Of a stretch of DNA of 64,000 bases, positions 49,815 to 60,090 are shown piece by piece. Made by a program: the position numbers and the translations under genes. Location: assembly GCA_035285865.1 (NCBI GenBank), contig JAYKHS010000003.1, forward strand, positions 96,001 to 160,000, read 5' to 3'. Under the pieces are notes generated by a model. It was not told where the DNA came from. It worked only from the letters and a program-made list of their open reading frames with translations, and searched no databases. This DNA is from Candidatus Sericytochromatia bacterium (GTDB lineage: Bacteria > Cyanobacteriota > Sericytochromatia > S15B-MN24 > VGJW01). Position 1 is the first letter of the stretch. Each line of letters starts with the position of its first letter.

Positions 49815-50283
49815 GGAAGCGTTCGCGGACCCGCGCCCGGTAGCGCACCTCGGAAGCCGCCCACAACTGGAATCCCACGGCAGCCAGCAGTACCACCACG
49901 GCCCACGTCGCGAGATTCAGCAGGCGAGGCTCGCCCGTCACGACGGCTCCGGCGGCCGCACCCACGAGCACGAGCACCATGACGGTCCACAGCGCGCCGT
50001 CCGCCTGACGGATCGCTCCCGATGCGAAGACATCCTCAAGCCCACCGGTCGGCTGCCTGGAAAGCTGGACCCGGGCCTGTTCCGCACGCGGTTCGGGCAA
50101 CCGACCCCAAGGGGGATCGCCAATGCAGGCCAGGCAAGCCTCCTCGAGCGATGCCTTGCGCAGCCGCCGGATCATCTGCTGGCTCAAGACCGTGCCTGCC
50201 GGCAGAAAGATCGCGCGGGATCCCGGATCCCGTAGCGGCCGGACCAGCAGCTGGCCGGGCGTGAGCGGAGAGTCCTCGGTCAT
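49801..50283 (-). CDS. hypothetical membrane protein
   Basis: N-terminal LTPGQLLVRPL...LPAGTVL (HD-GYP N-terminal-like segment) and two C-terminal TM helices. Confidence 0.6.
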   Translation of the reverse strand: MTEDSPLTPGQLLVRPLRDPGSRAIFLPAGTVLSQQMIRRLRKASLEEACLACIGDPPWGRLPEPRAEQARVQLSRQPTGGLEDVFASGAIRQADGALWTVMVLVLVGAAAGAVVTGEPRLLNLATWAVVVLLAAVGFQLWAASEVRYRARVRERFLKEG

Positions 50284-50315
50284 GCCCTACGGATCGGCAC
50301 GCAGCAGGCCAACCT

Positions 50316-51923
50316 TTAGGTTGCAAGCGTCTCCGTGGGGGAGGCACGCAAGGCATCACCAGGCTCGAAGACCTGCACGGCAGCCTGCTTGCCCTTGACG
50401 GGCAGAACGCCTCTAGGAATGCACTCCACCCGGCCCTGCACCGCATCGGCCGTCGCCCGGTCCACCAGCGTCGGGGCACCGACTTCCTTCGTCAGGCTCT
50501 CGAGCCGAGCCGCGGTATTCACGACATCACCAATGGCCGTGTACTCCATCCGCTCCAAACTGCCGATGTTGCCGACGACGGCATCGCCGCTGGTAATGCC
50601 GACACCGATGGCAAACTCGGGCAGCCCACGCTCACGCTGCTGGTCGTTGAAAGCGCCTAGCGCCCGATGCATGCGCTGCGCGGCACGGATGGCAGCCAAC
50701 TCGGGCCGCGAAAGTTCGACAGGTGCCCCGAAGAGTGCCATCAGGCCATCTCCGATGAACTTGTTGACCGAACCGCCTTCCTCGGTAACCGCCTGGACCA
50801 TCAGTGCAAAGTACCGATTGAGCGAATCCACCAGCGCCTCGGGGGACAGCCGCTCCGAGATGCTGGTGAAAGAGCGTACGTCCGAAAACAGAACGACGAC
50901 CGGCTGCCGATGCACGCCCAGCGCCGTCGAACCGCGCCTCGCGGAGCGCGCGATTTCTGGCGACGTGTAGCGCGACATGGCATCTTCCAGGCGTCGCCTC
51001 TCGTCGAGGCCTTCGGCCATGTGGTTGTACTGGTAGGCCAACTCCCCCAGCCTGTCGCTGGATTCGATCGGCAGACGAGCGTCGAATCTTCCCGACTGGA
51101 CGAGTTCGATGCCTCCGGCCAGACGCTCGAGCGGACGGCTGAGGTTATAGCGGATGAGTACGGCAAAGACGGCACTCAGGAGGATGGAGACCGCGAGGAG
51201 ATAGACCAACAGCGGCATGGTGCTCTGCGGCGGCCGGCCATCCGACAACTGATGACCGAGCAGTACCATGGCCATCCCGAACCAGTAGGGACCCACAAAA
51301 AGGATGGAAACCATCACACGCCCGCGGACGGAAAGCATCCAGCCCGACTTGTAAGGTGCGGGGTCCTCGCCGTCAAGCAAGGCCGCGATGACCGGACGCA
51401 TCAGGATGTCATAACATAGCAAGGCCACGACGCCCGTCAGTGGACCCACCAGAATCCCGCCATAAGCCAACTCGGGTGGGGGTTGCTCGCCGGCAAGCCG
51501 AACAGCCCACGAGATGACCGGCGGATAGACGAAGGTCCAGGTCAGGACACTGCCGATGGCCGAGCGATACGGAACGGCAAAGGCGACGTGTCGCGCACGC
51601 TCGAGTGCGGACGACTCTGTCACCAGCCCGCGCTCCAGTTGCAGCAGGGCATCGCGCAGGGGTGCCGACCAACGCTTGACTGCGCCAATGATGACGCCGG
51701 ACAGCACGGCAAAAGCCCCGGCCAGAGCCAGCAGTGCAGCAAAAAACACGCGCGCGCGCCAACCGTCCGTCACGGCGACGTAACCGAAGAGCAGAAGGGT
51801 TGGCAGCACGCCGGAAATCAACCTGCCCGCAAGCGGCAAGCGTCGCTCCGCCAGCTCCCAGATGCCCGCGGGCGTTCGATCCACGGCACGCAGCAGGCCG
51901 GTCTGCCCACGAAAGAGATTCAC
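50316..51923 (-). CDS. membrane class III adenylate/guanylate cyclase with HAMP domain
   Basis: About 6 TM, HAMP, FSDVRSFT, KFIGDG, YTAIGDVVNTAARLE and VKGK. The Lys and Thr specificity residues suggest ATP as substrate. Confidence 0.93.
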   Translation of the reverse strand: MNLFRGQTGLLRAVDRTPAGIWELAERRLPLAGRLISGVLPTLLLFGYVAVTDGWRARVFFAALLALAGAFAVLSGVIIGAVKRWSAPLRDALLQLERGLVTESSALERARHVAFAVPYRSAIGSVLTWTFVYPPVISWAVRLAGEQPPPELAYGGILVGPLTGVVALLCYDILMRPVIAALLDGEDPAPYKSGWMLSVRGRVMVSILFVGPYWFGMAMVLLGHQLSDGRPPQSTMPLLVYLLAVSILLSAVFAVLIRYNLSRPLERLAGGIELVQSGRFDARLPIESSDRLGELAYQYNHMAEGLDERRRLEDAMSRYTSPEIARSARRGSTALGVHRQPVVVLFSDVRSFTSISERLSPEALVDSLNRYFALMVQAVTEEGGSVNKFIGDGLMALFGAPVELSRPELAAIRAAQRMHRALGAFNDQQRERGLPEFAIGVGITSGDAVVGNIGSLERMEYTAIGDVVNTAARLESLTKEVGAPTLVDRATADAVQGRVECIPRGVLPVKGKQAAVQVFEPGDALRASPTETLAT

Positions 51924-51984
51924 CTCTCGAACATACCCCGGTCAGGCACCCCTGAAGATATCGTGACCCTGCTCGGCCCCGCAC

Positions 51985-52878
51985 TCAACGTCTGCGCGCC
52001 AGGATGGTCCCGCGGTCGAAGACGCGGACAGCAAGCCGATAGGCTGGCCAGAGCAGCAGCAGCCACGGCAGCAGCAGCCAGGGCAAGGCACCCTCGACAC
52101 GAACGAAACCAGACAACATGGCCATCTGCAGGCCCATGGCCGGAAGCACGATCAACGCACCCCATTGCTGGGCGGCTCGGGCGTCCGGTATGCGAGCCGA
52201 CAGCAGCACGAGCACCAGCGTCAAGAGCATCGAGGCGAGGGGTGCCCCGCCGAAGACGACAAGCAGCCAACCGGGCGTGACCAGAACATCCCGGACCGGA
52301 ACCCAACCGAGGAACCGGGAGGCCACCGTCAACTGGATGGCCCACGACAACCACGTGATCAGCACCGGAGGCAAGCTGGCACTCACGACCTTGGCCAGAA
52401 GCAACTCCCGCGTCGCGACCGGCGTGGCCAGCACAGGCTCCAGAGTACCCTCGTTGCGTTCCTGAACGACGGCATGCGCGGCCGTCGTGAGCGGCAGGAC
52501 GAGTGGGAAGATGGTGATGTACCCCAAGGAAACCAGGACGAGCAACCACAGGACCTGCCGACCCGCAGGCTCCGCAGCGAGACGGGGATGCAACATGGCG
52601 AGGGGGTTCAAACCGGTATCACCACCCCGGATCTTCTGTCCGGGTGCCCGCGGCGCGCGGGCCTCACGCCGCTCTCCCAGCAGCTCCTGACGGGTCTTGA
52701 GGACTCGAGCCTGCGCCGTGACGACCTGTTCGGTCCGCGCCACGACGGCCATCAGTCCGGGCATCATGCCGGCCGCGAGGACAAGGGGCACGACGATGAC
52801 CCCCACGAAGAGACGCCGGTTCCGCCAGAGATCCAGAGCCTCGCGCCACAACAGCCAGCGCATCCGGGTCGCGCTCAC
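51985..52878 (-). CDS. ABC-2 type transporter permease
   Basis: ERNEGTLEPVLATP...LLAK; multiple TM; coupled to the ATPase gene. Confidence 0.88.
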   Translation of the reverse strand: MSATRMRWLLWREALDLWRNRRLFVGVIVVPLVLAAGMMPGLMAVVARTEQVVTAQARVLKTRQELLGERREARAPRAPGQKIRGGDTGLNPLAMLHPRLAAEPAGRQVLWLLVLVSLGYITIFPLVLPLTTAAHAVVQERNEGTLEPVLATPVATRELLLAKVVSASLPPVLITWLSWAIQLTVASRFLGWVPVRDVLVTPGWLLVVFGGAPLASMLLTLVLVLLSARIPDARAAQQWGALIVLPAMGLQMAMLSGFVRVEGALPWLLLPWLLLLWPAYRLAVRVFDRGTILARRR

Positions 52879-53813
52879 GGTTCATCTCCGACAGGTGCGA
52901 TGCCCAGCGTGCCCAGCACGGCCTCCTCCAGCGACGCAGTCGCGGCACGCACCTGCTTCACCCGTGCTCCCCGGGCCACCATGTGACCGACGAGATCAGG
53001 TGTACGCAGATCGGGGCGGTCGACACGGACCATAAGTTCCCCACCCTGCCACGCGAAGTCGCGCACCCACGGCATCTCGCCCAGGGAGACCTCGAGATCG
53101 GCGGGAACGTCATCCAGCAGGAAGGCCACCCGATGTCCCCCGAATCGCGCCCTGAGGGCCTCGGGCGAGTCGAGCGCCAGCAAGCGATGCCGGAAGATCG
53201 CCACCCTGTCGCACAAGCGCTCGGCCTCATCCATCAAGTGCGTGGCCAGGAAGACGGTCGTCCCCCGCCTCCGCAGATCGGCCACCAGATCACGCACCAC
53301 CCGGCAGCTGTCGACGTCGAGTCCCGATGTTGGCTCGTCCAGAAAGACCAACTCGGGGTCATGCAGCAACGTGCGGGCGAGGGCGACCTTCTGGGACATG
53401 CCCTTCGAGAAGCCGGCCATGGGCCTGTCCGCGTGCTCCTCCAGCCCCAACAAGGCGAGCTGCGTCCGGATGCGGGGCCCGGGATCCTCGAGACCGTGGA
53501 GGCCCGCGAAGAACCGCAGGTGCTCCCGCGGCGTGAGTCGGGGATGGAGACCCGGTTGTTCGGTCAGGAAGCCGATTCGCTTGCGGATGTGGACAGCTCC
53601 TGCCTCCAGATCGTGGCCCAGCACGATGGCCGAACCAGCGGTAGGCTGGAGTAGCGTGGCCAGCATGCGGGTGCAGGTCGTCTTTCCAGCTCCGTTGGGG
53701 CCGAGGAAACCCAGCACTTCGCCGCGTCGGACCTCGAGGTCGAGCGGGGCAACGGCCTCGAGCGAACCGAATCGGCGCGCAAGACCGCTTGTCCGGATGG
53801 CGAGGTCCGTCAT
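52875..53813 (-). CDS. ABC transporter ATP-binding protein
   Basis: GPNGAGKT, FSKGM, LDEPTSG and H-loop; ATG 53813 overlaps the upstream stop. Confidence 0.95.
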   Translation of the reverse strand: MTDLAIRTSGLARRFGSLEAVAPLDLEVRRGEVLGFLGPNGAGKTTCTRMLATLLQPTAGSAIVLGHDLEAGAVHIRKRIGFLTEQPGLHPRLTPREHLRFFAGLHGLEDPGPRIRTQLALLGLEEHADRPMAGFSKGMSQKVALARTLLHDPELVFLDEPTSGLDVDSCRVVRDLVADLRRRGTTVFLATHLMDEAERLCDRVAIFRHRLLALDSPEALRARFGGHRVAFLLDDVPADLEVSLGEMPWVRDFAWQGGELMVRVDRPDLRTPDLVGHMVARGARVKQVRAATASLEEAVLGTLGIAPVGDEP

Positions 53814-55126
53814 CCCCGCCACCTGCGCCAGAGCATCCACGCAGCACCAAGGCCGGCCACCCAACGGTCGTGGCGATCCAGGCGAGGAGCGAGGGTGCGG
53901 CCGAACTCCCGAACCACGGGACGCACCAACCGCTGGATCGTCCGCGTGGCCCGGGTGGCCTCGACATACCAACTCAGGGGTCCCGTGCCCCGCGCGACAA
54001 CGGGACGCTCGCCAGCTGCAGCACCCGCCAGGAACGCACGGCAGGCCTCCCACGCAGGCTTTGGCTGACCGTCCGCACGCAGCAGGCCGAAGTGGTTCTC
54101 GATGGCGACCAGGCCCCCGTGCGCGATGGCCCGAGGCGGGTCCACCAATTCGTAGAGGTTCACCACGTGCAGGTCCTGATCGGGCAGGGCGGCAGGCCCC
54201 ACCAGATTCTCCAGTCGAGGCAGCGCTGCGGCATACCACCTGGCCATGGCGGCCTCGTCATGCGGGTCCGCGAACATCGCCCCGCCCCAAGGCAGACGTA
54301 CGGGGCCGCAGCTGGCATAGCCGGTCTCGGCCACGCAAAGCGCCTTGCCCCAGCAGGCCGATCGCGGATCGGCGACGAGGCCCCGCAGGCGCTCGAGCGG
54401 TCGCCACACATCGGCTCCGAGCCCGGGAACCCATGTATCCGGATAGTGGTCGAGGCCGATCACATCGACCCAGTCCCCGCACCGGGCCATGTAGGTCTCG
54501 AGGAAGCCGTCCCATGTGGCCCACTCAGGCACGTCGAAGGGCACGAGATCCCCGATGTCCGCAAGGATGTTCACGGCGAGCCGTGCACGGGAGCCCAGCA
54601 CGGCACGTGCGATACGGTGCATGCCCTCGAGGACGGGCCACCGGACTTCGGTGGGCAACTCGACCTCCCGCCCCCGCACCTGGACCTTGCGCGTGGCGAA
54701 AAGCGCCGCATCGCCCTTGGCGGCCGCCAGCCAGTTATTGGGCTCGTTCCAGACCTGCCAGACGGTGACGGCCTCTCCGCCCGGTCCGGCCAGCAGGTCG
54801 AGATAACGCGCCCAGGCATCCAGGAAAGCGGCTCGATCGCGCGCCGCCCGTTCCATGACCCAGTCCGGCGGATTGTAGAGCACGGCCCAGACTCCGAGGC
54901 CCTCCGCCCGCAGACGCTCCAGAAGATGCCGGTAGAAGGCCACGGCGTCCGGCCTGAAGGGTCCTTCCGTGGGCTGCAACTGGCGCCAAAGCAGGTCCAC
55001 GCGGACCATCGAGGCCCCCAACTCGCGAACGCGGGGCAGGAGCCGCTCAAGGACGGCCTCCTGCCTGCCGACGTCCAGATCGGGACAGAGCCGGGCAGGG
55101 TTCAGGTTCACCGACCACTGCAGCAT
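53810..55126 (-). CDS. clan GH-A glycoside hydrolase (GH5/GH39-like)
   Basis: WQVWNEPN acid/base, DHYP, VAETG nucleophile and FGLLRADGQPKPAW; amphipathic/hydrophobic C-terminal tail. Confidence 0.8.
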   Translation of the reverse strand: MLQWSVNLNPARLCPDLDVGRQEAVLERLLPRVRELGASMVRVDLLWRQLQPTEGPFRPDAVAFYRHLLERLRAEGLGVWAVLYNPPDWVMERAARDRAAFLDAWARYLDLLAGPGGEAVTVWQVWNEPNNWLAAAKGDAALFATRKVQVRGREVELPTEVRWPVLEGMHRIARAVLGSRARLAVNILADIGDLVPFDVPEWATWDGFLETYMARCGDWVDVIGLDHYPDTWVPGLGADVWRPLERLRGLVADPRSACWGKALCVAETGYASCGPVRLPWGGAMFADPHDEAAMARWYAAALPRLENLVGPAALPDQDLHVVNLYELVDPPRAIAHGGLVAIENHFGLLRADGQPKPAWEACRAFLAGAAAGERPVVARGTGPLSWYVEATRATRTIQRLVRPVVREFGRTLAPRLDRHDRWVAGLGAAWMLWRRWRG

Positions 55127-55175
55127 CGTTCGTCCATTATGCCCACAGGAGTGCGGCCACTATAATGAAGGCCGC

Positions 55176-57026
55176 ATGCACGACCTTCTGGCCGCCCAGC
55201 TCGAGGACCTGCCTGCCCAGCCCGGCTGCTACCTGTTCCGGGACGAGGCCGGCGTTCTGGTCTACATCGGCAAGGCCGTCAATCTGCGCCAGCGCGTACG
55301 GTCCTACTTCAGGGACGACGCCAGCCACTCGGCCAAGACCCGGCTGCTGGCCGCCCGGGTGCACGCCGTGGAAGTCATTCGCACGCCCACTGCCGCAGAC
55401 GCGCTGAACCTCGAGAACACGCTGATCAAGCAGCATCGGCCATTCTTCAACATCCTGCTTCGTGACGACGCCACCTATCCCTGGCTCAAGCTGACGCTCG
55501 ACGAGGAATACCCTCGTCTGCTCGTGGTGCGTCGCCGCAAGGCAGACGGCGCACGCTACTTCGGCCCCTATCCGGATGCAGGCGCGATGCGGGCGACACT
55601 GCACCTCGCGGGACGTCTGTTTCCCCTTCGCAAGAAGGCGCGCCCCCCCTACAAGGACCGCCCATGCCTGAATTTCGACATCGGCCGCTGCCTCGCTCCA
55701 TGCCAGGGCAAGGTGGACAGGGCCGCCTACCGCAGGCTGGTCGATGGGGTGCAGGACTTTCTCGAGGGCCGGGCAAGCGACCTGCAACGCAGGCTCGAGG
55801 AAGACATGGCCAGTGCGGCCGATCGCCTGGACTTCGAGCAGGCGGCTCGCCTCCGTGACACCCTCGAGGCCCTTCGTCGGGTCATCGTCCGCCAGATTGT
55901 CGTGGGCCCATCGGACCAGGACCTGGACGTCCTCCACGTCGCCATCGGCGAGGCGCTTGCCTGCGTCGAGGTGCTCCAGGTTCGCGGAGGCAAGGTCACG
56001 GGTCGGCGGGAGCACGGGCTGGACCTGCCGCCCGGAGGCGATCCGGGTGACCCTGCGCTGGTCGGAGACATCCTCGGGGCCTTTCTGGCACGGGGCTACG
56101 AGGACGTGCGCGTGCCACCCGAGATCCTCGCTCCGGTCGAACCCGAGGGCGCGGAGGCCCTGGTCGCCCTGCTGGGCACGCTGCGTGGCAGCAAGGTCCG
56201 ACTTTCCGTGCCCCGGCGTGGTGCCCGCGTGGCCCTGCTCGACATGGCGGCCGACAATGCGAGAACGGGCCTCGAGCGCCTGAAACTGTCCCGTCGCCTG
56301 GCTGCGGAGACCCGCAAGGATGATGCCTTGGCGGGCCTCGCCGAAGCACTCGATCTCGATGCCCCCCCCCGGCACATCGAAGGCTTCGACCTGTCCCACA
56401 CCCAGGGCGTCGAGGCGGTGGCCTCGCTGGTCGTCTTCAGGGATGGTCGCCCGGCGAAGGAGGACTACCGGCACTTTCGCATCCGGACCGCGCGGGGCGG
56501 AGACGACTTCGCCGGCATGGAGGAAGTGGTCGGCAGACGCTACCGGCGGATGCTCGACGAAGGCAAGACCTTGCCCGACCTCATCCTGATCGACGGTGGA
56601 CCGGGCCAGCTCGCGGCGGCCGTCCGCGCGCTCGAAGCCCTCGGACTCGACGACCAACCGGTCTTTGGCTTGGCCAAGCGCCTCGAAGCCATGTTCCTGC
56701 CCGATCGCGAGGACCCGGTCATGCTCGCTCCCGATGCTCCCGCTCGGTTGCTGGTACAGCACGTGCGCGACGAAGCCCACCGGTTCGCCCTCGGCCTGCA
56801 TCGCAAGCGCCGCGGGAAGGCCGGGACCCGCAGCATCCTCGATGACATCGCCGGCCTGGGCCCGCGCCGCAAGGTCCAATTGCTCGAACGCCTGGGATCC
56901 GTTGAGGCCATGCGGTCGATGCAGGCCTCCGAACTGGCGCGGCGGGGAGGAATCCCCAAAGCCCTCGCCGAACGCATCTGCCAGCATCTGGCATCCGGGT
57001 CAGGCCTGGAGCGCGCCGATGCCTAG
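55176..57026 (+). CDS. uvrC: excinuclease ABC subunit C
   Basis: GIY-YIG (PGCY, YIGKAVNLRQRV), YFGPY, UVR, FDLSH, IDGG, RDEAHRFA and HhH. Confidence 0.97.
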   Translation: MHDLLAAQLEDLPAQPGCYLFRDEAGVLVYIGKAVNLRQRVRSYFRDDASHSAKTRLLAARVHAVEVIRTPTAADALNLENTLIKQHRPFFNILLRDDATYPWLKLTLDEEYPRLLVVRRRKADGARYFGPYPDAGAMRATLHLAGRLFPLRKKARPPYKDRPCLNFDIGRCLAPCQGKVDRAAYRRLVDGVQDFLEGRASDLQRRLEEDMASAADRLDFEQAARLRDTLEALRRVIVRQIVVGPSDQDLDVLHVAIGEALACVEVLQVRGGKVTGRREHGLDLPPGGDPGDPALVGDILGAFLARGYEDVRVPPEILAPVEPEGAEALVALLGTLRGSKVRLSVPRRGARVALLDMAADNARTGLERLKLSRRLAAETRKDDALAGLAEALDLDAPPRHIEGFDLSHTQGVEAVASLVVFRDGRPAKEDYRHFRIRTARGGDDFAGMEEVVGRRYRRMLDEGKTLPDLILIDGGPGQLAAAVRALEALGLDDQPVFGLAKRLEAMFLPDREDPVMLAPDAPARLLVQHVRDEAHRFALGLHRKRRGKAGTRSILDDIAGLGPRRKVQLLERLGSVEAMRSMQASELARRGGIPKALAERICQHLASGSGLERADA

Positions 57027-58215
57027 ACTTCTCGCCCCTGTCCTGACAGCCCTGCTGCTCTTTCTGGCGACACTCTCGCCGATGGCCGAATCGCGCGAGC
57101 GCCGGCGCGTGCCGGCGCCGCCCCAGTTGGCCGGGCGCCTCCCGGCCCGACAGGTCAAGGGCCTGAGCCAGGCGCAACAACAGCAACGCGTGGTCCAGCA
57201 ACGCCTCGGTGAGGCCCGCCGCCGGGTGCGGGAGTTGCGAAAGCTCGAGACGGCTCATGTCCGCAAGCTGACGGAGATCCAGCAGGCCGTGGAGGTCACG
57301 AGCCGTCGGCTCGAGGACTCCCGATTCCGGCTCAATCGAGCCCAGCGGCGCCTGACGGCAACCCGGGGCGAGCTGCGCCAGGCCCAGGTGCGCTTCACGC
57401 GGGAACAGGCACTGGCGTCGAACCGCCTCAGGACCATCCACAAGTTCCGCCGCGTCTCGAACTGGGAAGCCCTGCTCACGGCACCGGACCTTTTCGCCTT
57501 CCTGACACGCTACCAGTACCTGCGACACGTCTCGATGACGGATCAGCGGCTGCTGGATCGCCTCGACCGCATGGTCGCCGACGTCCACGAGAAAAAACAG
57601 CGTTACGACGAACTGGTTGGAGAGGTCGATCGCCAGACGCGCACCATTTCGGCCCATAAGGCCGAGCAATTGGAGCAGAAGGAATCGCAGGCCGATCTGG
57701 TCACCCGGATCCGCAGCGAGCGAGCCGCGTGGGAAGCGGCCGAGGAACAACTGGAACGGACGAGTCGCGAGCTGGAATCCTTCATCCGCAGGATGCTTGC
57801 GGCGCAACGCAGTCGCCCGAGGCTCGGCACGGGGCGTTTCGCGTGGCCGGCAAAGGGTCGCATCACAAGTCCCTTCGGGGTGCGCATCCACCCCATCTAC
57901 AGGGTTGCCAAGCGCCACCATGGCATCGACTTCGGAGGCCGGATCGGCAGTCCCGTTTTCGCCGCGGACACGGGCATCGTGCTGTTCGCCGGCTGGTATG
58001 GCGGTTATGGCAAGGTCATCATCATCGACCACGGCGCCTCCGTGGCTACACTCTACGGACACCTGTCTTCGATCCAGGTCGGCAGCGGAGACAAGGTGAC
58101 GCGCGGCCAGGAAATCGGCCAGATTGGCTCCACCGGTCTCTCGACGGGTCCGCACCTCCATTTCGAGGTCAGACGCAACGGAGCTCCCGTCGATCCTGCG
58201 GGTTACCTGCGCTGA
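57019..58215 (+). CDS. M23 peptidase / EnvC-like murein hydrolase activator
   Basis: Signal peptide, long coiled coil, HHGIDF, YGHL and STGPHLHFE. Confidence 0.92.
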   Translation: MPRLLAPVLTALLLFLATLSPMAESRERRRVPAPPQLAGRLPARQVKGLSQAQQQQRVVQQRLGEARRRVRELRKLETAHVRKLTEIQQAVEVTSRRLEDSRFRLNRAQRRLTATRGELRQAQVRFTREQALASNRLRTIHKFRRVSNWEALLTAPDLFAFLTRYQYLRHVSMTDQRLLDRLDRMVADVHEKKQRYDELVGEVDRQTRTISAHKAEQLEQKESQADLVTRIRSERAAWEAAEEQLERTSRELESFIRRMLAAQRSRPRLGTGRFAWPAKGRITSPFGVRIHPIYRVAKRHHGIDFGGRIGSPVFAADTGIVLFAGWYGGYGKVIIIDHGASVATLYGHLSSIQVGSGDKVTRGQEIGQIGSTGLSTGPHLHFEVRRNGAPVDPAGYLR

Positions 58216-58288
58216 GGTCGGGGGGTATGATGGCGGGGCGTGCGGTTTCCGGAACGTGCCCGGGAGGCTGCCAAGAGGAAGGGCGTTC

Positions 58289-59995
58289 ATGATGTTTCGG
58301 CAAAAAGCCGCAAAGGCCGTGGGACGCGTCGGGCTGCTGGCGGGCCTGATGGCAGGCTCGTTCGGGCTGGGCATGGGTTTCGATCCGCTCGTGATGGCAG
58401 CGGAGAGTCGCGACTTCCGGACTTTCTTCGAGGTCTACAACAAGGTCCGTACCGAGTTCCTCTCGCCCCCGGGCGACGAGTCGAAGCTGGAGTATGGTGC
58501 GATCCGCGGGATGCTGGAGACGCTCGACGATCCGTACACCCGCTTCATGGAACCCAAGGTCTTCAAGGGCATGCAGGAGGAGCGGCAAGGTTCCTTCTCG
58601 GGCATCGGCATCCAGATCGGCATGCGGGACAAGAAGCTCACGGTCATTGCACCGATTGAGGAAACCCCGGCCTGGAAGGCCGGCCTGAAGGCCGGAGACC
58701 ACATCCTCTCGGTCGACGGCAAATCCACTCAGAACATGGCCATCGACGAAGCCGTGGGGCTCATCCGCGGGCAGCGTGGCACACCGGTCAAGCTGGTTGT
58801 CGTGCGCGGATCCGGAAAGCCCAGAACCGTATCCATCGTCCGGGACAACATCGTCACAAAGGCCGTGCGGGCGCGCGTGCTGCCCGGCGACATCGGCTAC
58901 ATCCGCCTCTCGACGTTCATGAGCGAATCGGCCGACCGCGAGATGCGGGATGCCCTGCAGAAGCAGGCTGGCCAACGCGCCCTGATCCTCGACCTGCGCG
59001 GAAATCCGGGCGGCCTGTTGCCCAATGCCGTGACCATCGGCCTGATGTTCGTCGACAAGGGCCCCGTGGTGCAGATCGTCGACAGGGACGGCAACCGCGA
59101 CGTCCTGCCCACCCAGGGCATGATCCGGCGGACAGCCAGCAAGGCCCTATGGGACAAGCGCAAGCCCCTGGTCGTCCTCGTGGACGGTGGGTCGGCCTCG
59201 GCATCGGAGATTCTCGCCGGCGCCCTTCAGGACGCCGGGGTGGCCACCCTCATCGGTACCACGACCTTCGGCAAGGGTTTGGTGCAGACCGTCCACCCGC
59301 TCGAGGGTGGCGCTGGCCTGGCCATCACAACCAACAAGTATCTGACGGCGGGAGGCAACGACATCCACAAGCGGGGGATCGTCCCCGACCTGATTCAGGA
59401 GCCGGCTCCCGCCCCGAAGAACGGTCCTGAGACCGACCCGTCCGACGATGTGGCGCGAGACGCCCGTGATGCCCAGCTGCAGAAGGCCATGGCCTTCATC
59501 CGCGGGCGTCTGGGGCAAGGCCCGGTCGTCAAGCTTCCGCCGAGGGCTGCGGTTCTCGAAAAGGCGTCCAAGCTGCGTCGTGACGAGCAGGTTGCCGAAG
59601 CTGAAGGCCAGAGCGCCATCGACCTCGAGGCTACGCAGCGCATGGAGGGCTCGGTCGGCAGCCTCCTTGAGGTGGCAGGCCAACAGGAAGATGAGGTCAC
59701 GCGCCTGCTCACGGATCTCTCGGCCAAGGTTCGCGGCTTGTCGACGGACCAACTCCAGCGCATCACGTCCCACAAGGACTTCGACATCGTCATCGAAGGC
59801 GAGGCGGTCGGCCGGGAAGGTGAGGCTCTGGCCAGTCGCCGTGCCGAGACCACCGCGGCCTATGTCAGAGGCTACTTGCAGCACATGGGGCTGCCCTTCG
59901 GACGCGAGGACCTGAAAGTCAAGACGCGCGAAGGCGGGCAGGGTGGTGTCACGGTGCGCATTCACCTGCCGCTTCAGGATCTGATCGGCAAATGA
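58289..59995 (+). CDS. S41 carboxyl-terminal protease (CtpA-like) with C-terminal extension
   Basis: LDDPYT, PDZ (GIGI), DLRGNPGG, SASASEI (Ser) and TFGKG (Lys). Confidence 0.93.
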   Translation: MMFRQKAAKAVGRVGLLAGLMAGSFGLGMGFDPLVMAAESRDFRTFFEVYNKVRTEFLSPPGDESKLEYGAIRGMLETLDDPYTRFMEPKVFKGMQEERQGSFSGIGIQIGMRDKKLTVIAPIEETPAWKAGLKAGDHILSVDGKSTQNMAIDEAVGLIRGQRGTPVKLVVVRGSGKPRTVSIVRDNIVTKAVRARVLPGDIGYIRLSTFMSESADREMRDALQKQAGQRALILDLRGNPGGLLPNAVTIGLMFVDKGPVVQIVDRDGNRDVLPTQGMIRRTASKALWDKRKPLVVLVDGGSASASEILAGALQDAGVATLIGTTTFGKGLVQTVHPLEGGAGLAITTNKYLTAGGNDIHKRGIVPDLIQEPAPAPKNGPETDPSDDVARDARDAQLQKAMAFIRGRLGQGPVVKLPPRAAVLEKASKLRRDEQVAEAEGQSAIDLEATQRMEGSVGSLLEVAGQQEDEVTRLLTDLSAKVRGLSTDQLQRITSHKDFDIVIEGEAVGREGEALASRRAETTAAYVRGYLQHMGLPFGREDLKVKTREGGQGGVTVRIHLPLQDLIGK

Positions 59996-60090
59996 TCCGG
60001 AATCCTTCCGGCCGAAAGCATCCCTGTAAGCAGCCCGGGTAGGATACTCCATGTCCCGTGCACGAAGCCGGGCACAACAGGAGGAAAGTG

